Of a stretch of DNA of 11,779 bases, positions 7,956 to 11,779 are shown piece after piece. The DNA is from Candidatus Helarchaeota archaeon (lineage in GTDB: Archaea; Asgardarchaeota; Lokiarchaeia; Helarchaeales; RDOG01): the NCBI GenBank assembly GCA_029838215.1, contig JALGVI010000087.1, positions 1-11,779 on the forward strand. The letters run 5' to 3'. The position numbers and the translations under genes were made by a program. The notes under the pieces were generated by a model. That model was given only the letters and a program-made list of their open reading frames with translations, did no database searches and had not been told where the DNA came from. How positions within the stretch are numbered: position 1 is the stretch's first letter; every line of letters starts with the position of its first letter.

Positions 7956-9046
7956 AGACCAGAAATCGTGAGGATAAAATCCTCCAAAATATCTAAACAA
8001 GCCCTGCAATCATGATGACAGGTAACTTGATTTCTTCCGCAAGATTCGATGCAATGAAAGTCTTCGATATTCTTGACGGCATATAAAAGAAGATTGCCAA
8101 CAATACAATTAAAACGATTTTTGTTAGGGAATCGCGTCATTTTTAAGAGCTCAATGCCCTCACGTATCTTTTCTTCGGTGCCTAAGTACAATGGCACTCC
8201 GACGTCCATCTCGTTTTTCTTGAAATTGAGATCCTTTGGTGGCATCAAACCGACCATTGATGATTTAGAATGTTTTTTCGTGAAAAGTTGTGCATCGTGA
8301 AATACATTTTCGACAATGGAGTGTTCTTTGACTTTTTCATCCCCCCACCAGCCGGGAAAATAGGTAGAATAAATTCTTAGCCTGTAAATATCTTCAAGTT
8401 TTTTTCCTCTTGCGATTAATTTTCTCATTCGCTGCCCAAGTCGGAAGTTATTGGATTTTTGAGGATAGCTTTCCAAATATCTAAGATATAATTCTCCATA
8501 TCTCCTGCAATTAATCTGTATAGTTTCATCCACTCGTGGTTCGTGAGTGAAATGGAGATGAATGTTTCTATCACGTATTCCCCACCAGTTTAGGAGACGT
8601 TTATTGATCTCCATGGTCCTTCTTGCAATTTCAATTGTTTCATCGAGAAACTCCTGATTCTCGCCCGTGAGATCGGCTAACAATGTCGAGAATTCCTTAG
8701 TTTCAAGACAAACATGGACTTGACCTTTCGATGCGGTCGCCACCAATAACACGTTTTGGATTGTCGGTTGTCGGTCCAAAATAGCTTGAACATCAATGTT
8801 TTTGCTCTTGAGTAGATTGATATCCACAGTTGGCAATAAACAAGGACCAGTTGTTTTATGTTCATAAGTCGGTCCATTTATTCCTGCAACGAGATTCCTC
8901 TGCAAATAAAAAATAACATCGTCATGATCAGCCCAATCAAGACCGATTTCTTTCAACTGGAACTTCTCACGTAGAAAAACGCGATACGAATTGGAATAAA
9001 TCTTGTCCAAAACGTTCTCTAATCGATCAAAAGTTAGCTGAGTCAT
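7952..9046 (-). CDS. Divergent class Ic aminoacyl-tRNA synthetase-like protein (TrpRS-like paralog), degenerate HIGH/KMSKS, Cys-rich C-terminal domain
   Basis: By-eye colinearity with TrpRS: [16 protein letters not shown] (~FLACGIDPEKSVIF), ENVFH (~DQVYH), NEMDV at the KMSKS position, [17 protein letters not shown], and C-x21-C-x6-C-x3-C. ATG 9046 chosen from TATA spacing; the track starts at TTG 9061. Its stop overlaps the MCP stop convergently (TTAA). Confidence 0.55.
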   Translation of the reverse strand: MTQLTFDRLENVLDKIYSNSYRVFLREKFQLKEIGLDWADHDDVIFYLQRNLVAGINGPTYEHKTTGPCLLPTVDINLLKSKNIDVQAILDRQPTIQNVLLVATASKGQVHVCLETKEFSTLLADLTGENQEFLDETIEIARRTMEINKRLLNWWGIRDRNIHLHFTHEPRVDETIQINCRRYGELYLRYLESYPQKSNNFRLGQRMRKLIARGKKLEDIYRLRIYSTYFPGWWGDEKVKEHSIVENVFHDAQLFTKKHSKSSMVGLMPPKDLNFKKNEMDVGVPLYLGTEEKIREGIELLKMTRFPNKNRFNCIVGNLLLYAVKNIEDFHCIESCGRNQVTCHHDCRACLDILEDFILTISGL

Positions 9047-9069
9047 CTTGCAGAAATACAAAAAAATAA

Positions 9070-9087
9070 TTTATAAATGATTTGTTT
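9070..9087 (-). promoter_or_regulatory. BRE/TATA promoter consistent with leaderless transcription of the TrpRS-like gene
   Basis: Minus strand reads GAAACAAATCATTTATAAA. The TTTATAAA box (9070-9077) is centred about 27 nt upstream of ATG 9046. Confidence 0.6.
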
Positions 9088-9287
9088 CAATTTCCGTGTA
9101 AAGATGTCTTTTTCGTCCGAATTTTTGTCATATACGATTTCTAAAATCGTCCATTGTCAAGGAGTTCTTTTATCCGATTTTTTCGGAAACTTCTCCTTCA
9201 AATTTTTCAATCGAAGGATCGCTTGATTTAAATTATTTGATCCCTAAAGCTTGTTAAAAAGCATGATTTTACGTAACGACAGATAAA

Positions 9288-10994
9288 ATGGAGTGCGTCG
9301 TGATGGAAAACAATATACGGTTTGTTTATAATAAGGAATATTGGTACGTGAGTGCTTTTTTGGATACGAATTATTTAGACGGTGACGATAAAAGCAAGGA
9401 GATCGAGACGCTTCTGAAAGAGAAGTTGGCAAATCTCACGATGGATGACCTTTCAAAAATAAAAGGTCCAAATGCTGAGGACTACAAAAGAAAGGTGATT
9501 GAGATGGGACGAAATATCTCATTAAAATGCACTTGGATTCCATACTTCGAGGCGTTTCCTTATCGTGATGAAAATACGGATATGGAGTACAATACTCTGG
9601 GCTATTTTCAATTTGAAGTGGAGTATTACAAGGACGATCAAGCTAAAAAGGAGACAATTTTACCGATTCTCATCCAACAAATTCCCAGTCGAGTCTTGTT
9701 GATTCTTAGAGAGTTCAATCAATTGAAGGAAAATGAAGCCCTTTTTATTGACAGGGAAAGTCCCATTTATGTTTTTGTAACTTCGTCTCGTACCTTGCCG
9801 GCTCAGGTGTCTTGGACAGAAGAGAATATAGAAAAATTCAAGAGAGTCTTAGGGAATTGGACGGAAGTCTATTCAGGGCAGTGGCCAGACTATTCAGAAT
9901 CGTTATATGACCGCCGCATCCAGAATAATTTATCGAATCGGCTTTCAGAATTGCATTTCATTCGTAGAAATTCAGGGTTCATATACATGGCAGAGGAAAA
10001 TTATCGCCTCTTTTTTAATTCTTACATGATAGAGTACGTGCTGGAACCGACCCCGAAAATACGTACCATGTTGTTTGCACTGATGGCTATTAATGAATCG
10101 TTAGATTTTCTTTTCACAAAGCGATATTCGGATGTTTTCATGAATCTAGAGATGATCGAGCAAAAGATCAAAAACCTTCGATACTTGCGCGGAATGATTC
10201 AGACCAAACTAAGCCTGATTTATAACGAATTAGATTATAACAGGCGGCAACATTATACAACGGTTCTCAAGCATCTGATTTCGGAATTTAACCTTGATAA
10301 CGTGATTCAACGAGTTAATGACAAGTTCGAAATTATTTCCGATTCAATGCAAGAATTATATGTGAAGAAAAGCGAGGAGAATCAGGAAAGAACAGAACGC
10401 GGATTAAACATCTTGAACATACTTTTCGGTGCAGGCATTTTTGCGGATTTTGTTGGAGTCTTACTGGCGACTTTTGCACTGGAGACGGGCATTCTCTTTC
10501 AGGTTTTCAATGGGATTGTTGCGGTCATAATAGGAGGAATTTTAGTAACGACGTTTGGATATTTCTTGAAATTAAAGCGAGAGGCACGCTCTGCAGAAAT
10601 CGGAAAAGCCGTGGATGCGGTGGTTCTCGATGGAAAGGGAAACGTCGTGTTGATTAAACGCCGTTATCCGCCGTACAGGGGACAGCTTGCCTTGCCCGGT
10701 GGTTTCGTCAAGTATAAAGAAGACCTAAAAAAAGCAGTGATTCGTGAGGTCGCAGAAGAAACAAATCTTCATGTGAAGATCATCAATAAGATCGGTGTTT
10801 ACGATGCAAGAGGACGTGATCCTAGGGGAAACATCATCACGACGGCATTTAAATGCCAAGTTATTGGAGATCCCACGGACTTAAAATCAACTTCGGAAGT
10901 ATTATCTGCGGAATGGATTCCGATTGAGTCCTTGAAGGAAAAGGATTTGGCATTTGACCATGAAAAGATTCTAAAAGAAGCGGGGATTTACTAA
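9288..10994 (+). CDS. CorA-like cytosolic domain + 2 TM helices fused to a C-terminal NUDIX hydrolase (ADP-ribose pyrophosphatase-like)
   Basis: Nudix box GFVKYKEDLKKAVIREVAEETNL (10701-10769) with LALPGG, RDPRG and LAFDHEKIL. Two TM segments at about 10404-10565, preceded by a long stalk-like helix (EFNLDNVIQRVNDKFEIISDSMQELY..ERGLNIL). The start may be ATG 9303, which has GGAGTG upstream. The NUDIX call is firm; the CorA-like call is moderate. Confidence 0.8.
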   Translation: MECVVMENNIRFVYNKEYWYVSAFLDTNYLDGDDKSKEIETLLKEKLANLTMDDLSKIKGPNAEDYKRKVIEMGRNISLKCTWIPYFEAFPYRDENTDMEYNTLGYFQFEVEYYKDDQAKKETILPILIQQIPSRVLLILREFNQLKENEALFIDRESPIYVFVTSSRTLPAQVSWTEENIEKFKRVLGNWTEVYSGQWPDYSESLYDRRIQNNLSNRLSELHFIRRNSGFIYMAEENYRLFFNSYMIEYVLEPTPKIRTMLFALMAINESLDFLFTKRYSDVFMNLEMIEQKIKNLRYLRGMIQTKLSLIYNELDYNRRQHYTTVLKHLISEFNLDNVIQRVNDKFEIISDSMQELYVKKSEENQERTERGLNILNILFGAGIFADFVGVLLATFALETGILFQVFNGIVAVIIGGILVTTFGYFLKLKREARSAEIGKAVDAVVLDGKGNVVLIKRRYPPYRGQLALPGGFVKYKEDLKKAVIREVAEETNLHVKIINKIGVYDARGRDPRGNIITTAFKCQVIGDPTDLKSTSEVLSAEWIPIESLKEKDLAFDHEKILKEAGIY

Positions 10995-11008
10995 CCTCCT
11001 TTTTCTAG

Positions 11009-11026
11009 CATTTTTTTAAAAAAATG
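11009..11026. terminator. Perfect palindrome CATTTTTTTAAAAAAATG; likely bidirectional oligo-T terminator between convergent genes
   Basis: Gives a T7 tract on each strand, 15 nt after the stop at 10994 and 18 nt after the stop at 11044. Confidence 0.65.
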
Positions 11027-11043
11027 AAGGAAATTGCCCATTT

Positions 11044-11779
11044 TCAATCCAAGCGATATTTTGGAGGGCTTTTCCATTTGATTTTATCAGCTTTTTGGTG
11101 ATTTTGAGAAGAAATCGAAGACTTTAATCGGTTGAGTTCCGAACGTTCCTTTTGAATTTTTTCCCACTCTCTTTTTATGGCTTTCTTTTCATCTTGAACA
11201 TGTTTTTCAAAATTCCTTTGCGTTAATTTAAGATCGGTTTCCAAATCGCGCTTTCGTTTTTGCAAAGAAGCGATATCACGTTCGAGCTTGCGCAATAGTT
11301 CTTTTTTTCGGCTCGTGGAACGATCAAGATCTCGATTTTTTCTTTCCAATTGATTTATTCTTGCTTCTTTTTGTTTCATTTCTCGTTCCAGATCTTCAAC
11401 GGCACCTTCGCGATATCGCAAGTCTCGTCCCAGTTTTTTCAGTTTTTCTTCCTTTTCCTTTAACTTATAGTCTTTTTCCTGCAAGTCTTGTATTTTTCTT
11501 TGCATGGGTTTAATTTCAGAGAGTAGATATTTTTTTTCATCCTGTAAATGCTTGATATTCTCAAGAATATCTTTTCTTTTTGCATCTAGTTCGCTGACCT
11601 TCTCTTTCATTTCCTTAACGTCATGTTGAAGACGATTTAATTCCTTTTCGTTTTGGTTTCTTGCCTTTTCTAATTTTTTTTGCAGAAGATTTAATTCAGA
11701 ACGCTCTTTCTTTAATTTTTCACGTTCCTTTTTAATTTTTTTAAAAAGGGTCCTGTCGATTTCTTCCTTTTTCGAAAAA
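11044..11779 (-). CDS. Long K/E-rich coiled-coil protein, 5' end outside the window
   Basis: The frame is open from 11046 to the window edge (at least 244 aa), so the track start at 11610 is internal. Continuous heptad-like K/E/L/R pattern. Confidence 0.85.
   Translation of the reverse strand, partial: FSKKEEIDRTLFKKIKKEREKLKKERSELNLLQKKLEKARNQNEKELNRLQHDVKEMKEKVSELDAKRKDILENIKHLQDEKKYLLSEIKPMQRKIQDLQEKDYKLKEKEEKLKKLGRDLRYREGAVEDLEREMKQKEARINQLERKNRDLDRSTSRKKELLRKLERDIASLQKRKRDLETDLKLTQRNFEKHVQDEKKAIKREWEKIQKERSELNRLKSSISSQNHQKADKIKWKSPPKYRLD

Noticed and set aside
7997-8056. Cys-rich tail as a sign of a U32 peptidase/UbiU-like protein
   Set aside because: No U32 core motifs upstream; the whole sequence fits a TrpRS-like layout better.
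1950-8877. Other short track ORFs inside or antisense to larger genes (e.g. 2918..3298, 4740..5060, 7073..7387, 7496..7942, 8073..8300)
   Set aside because: They overlap well-supported CDSs, have shadow-like composition and show no motifs.
9045-9264. Minus-strand frame MLFNKL*GSNNLNQAILRLK..RTP*QWTILEIVYDK..SAR* ending in an ATGA overlap with the TrpRS-like gene; considered as Sec/Pyl readthrough or a pseudogene
   Set aside because: It needs two different readthroughs, has no redox-motif context, no SECIS was identified, and it runs across a well-placed TATA box. A-rich strand bias explains the protein-like look.
10600-10994. NUDIX gene as an NrtR regulator or a true TRPM2 homolog
   Set aside because: There is no winged-helix domain for NrtR, and only 2 TM helices with no SLOG/TRP domain, so the TRPM2 link is an analogy only.
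1-11779. CRISPR arrays, IS elements/transposases, integrases, tRNA/rRNA genes
   Set aside because: No repeat-spacer pattern, terminal inverted repeats, recombinase motifs or RNA-gene-like GC-rich segments were seen.

Overview
Gene-dense, AT-rich prokaryotic window, most consistent with an archaeon and probably Asgard/Lokiarchaeia-like. That assignment is inferred from TATA/BRE promoters, a GGTGA-type SD, oligo-T terminators and protein styles. Left to right: a 3'-truncated threonine dehydratase (ilvA, missing from the ORF track); a small ORF/PadR-zinc-ribbon/HAAS membrane protein unit; a four-gene minus-strand cluster (tandem CruF-like membrane protein, PPC/DUF296, glycoside-hydrolase-like TIM barrel, DUF169); an orphan methyl-accepting chemotaxis protein; a divergent gene pair; and a 5'-truncated coiled-coil protein. 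The divergent pair is the most interesting part. One gene looks like a strongly degenerate TrpRS paralog that has lost HIGH/KMSKS but kept a Cys motif like the Fe-S site of some TrpRS. The other fuses a CorA-like domain and 2 TM helices (no GMN) to an intact ADP-ribose-pyrophosphatase-type NUDIX domain, i.e. a candidate channel-enzyme. No CRISPR array, IS, tRNA or rRNA was seen. All family calls were made by eye from motifs; no searches were run.
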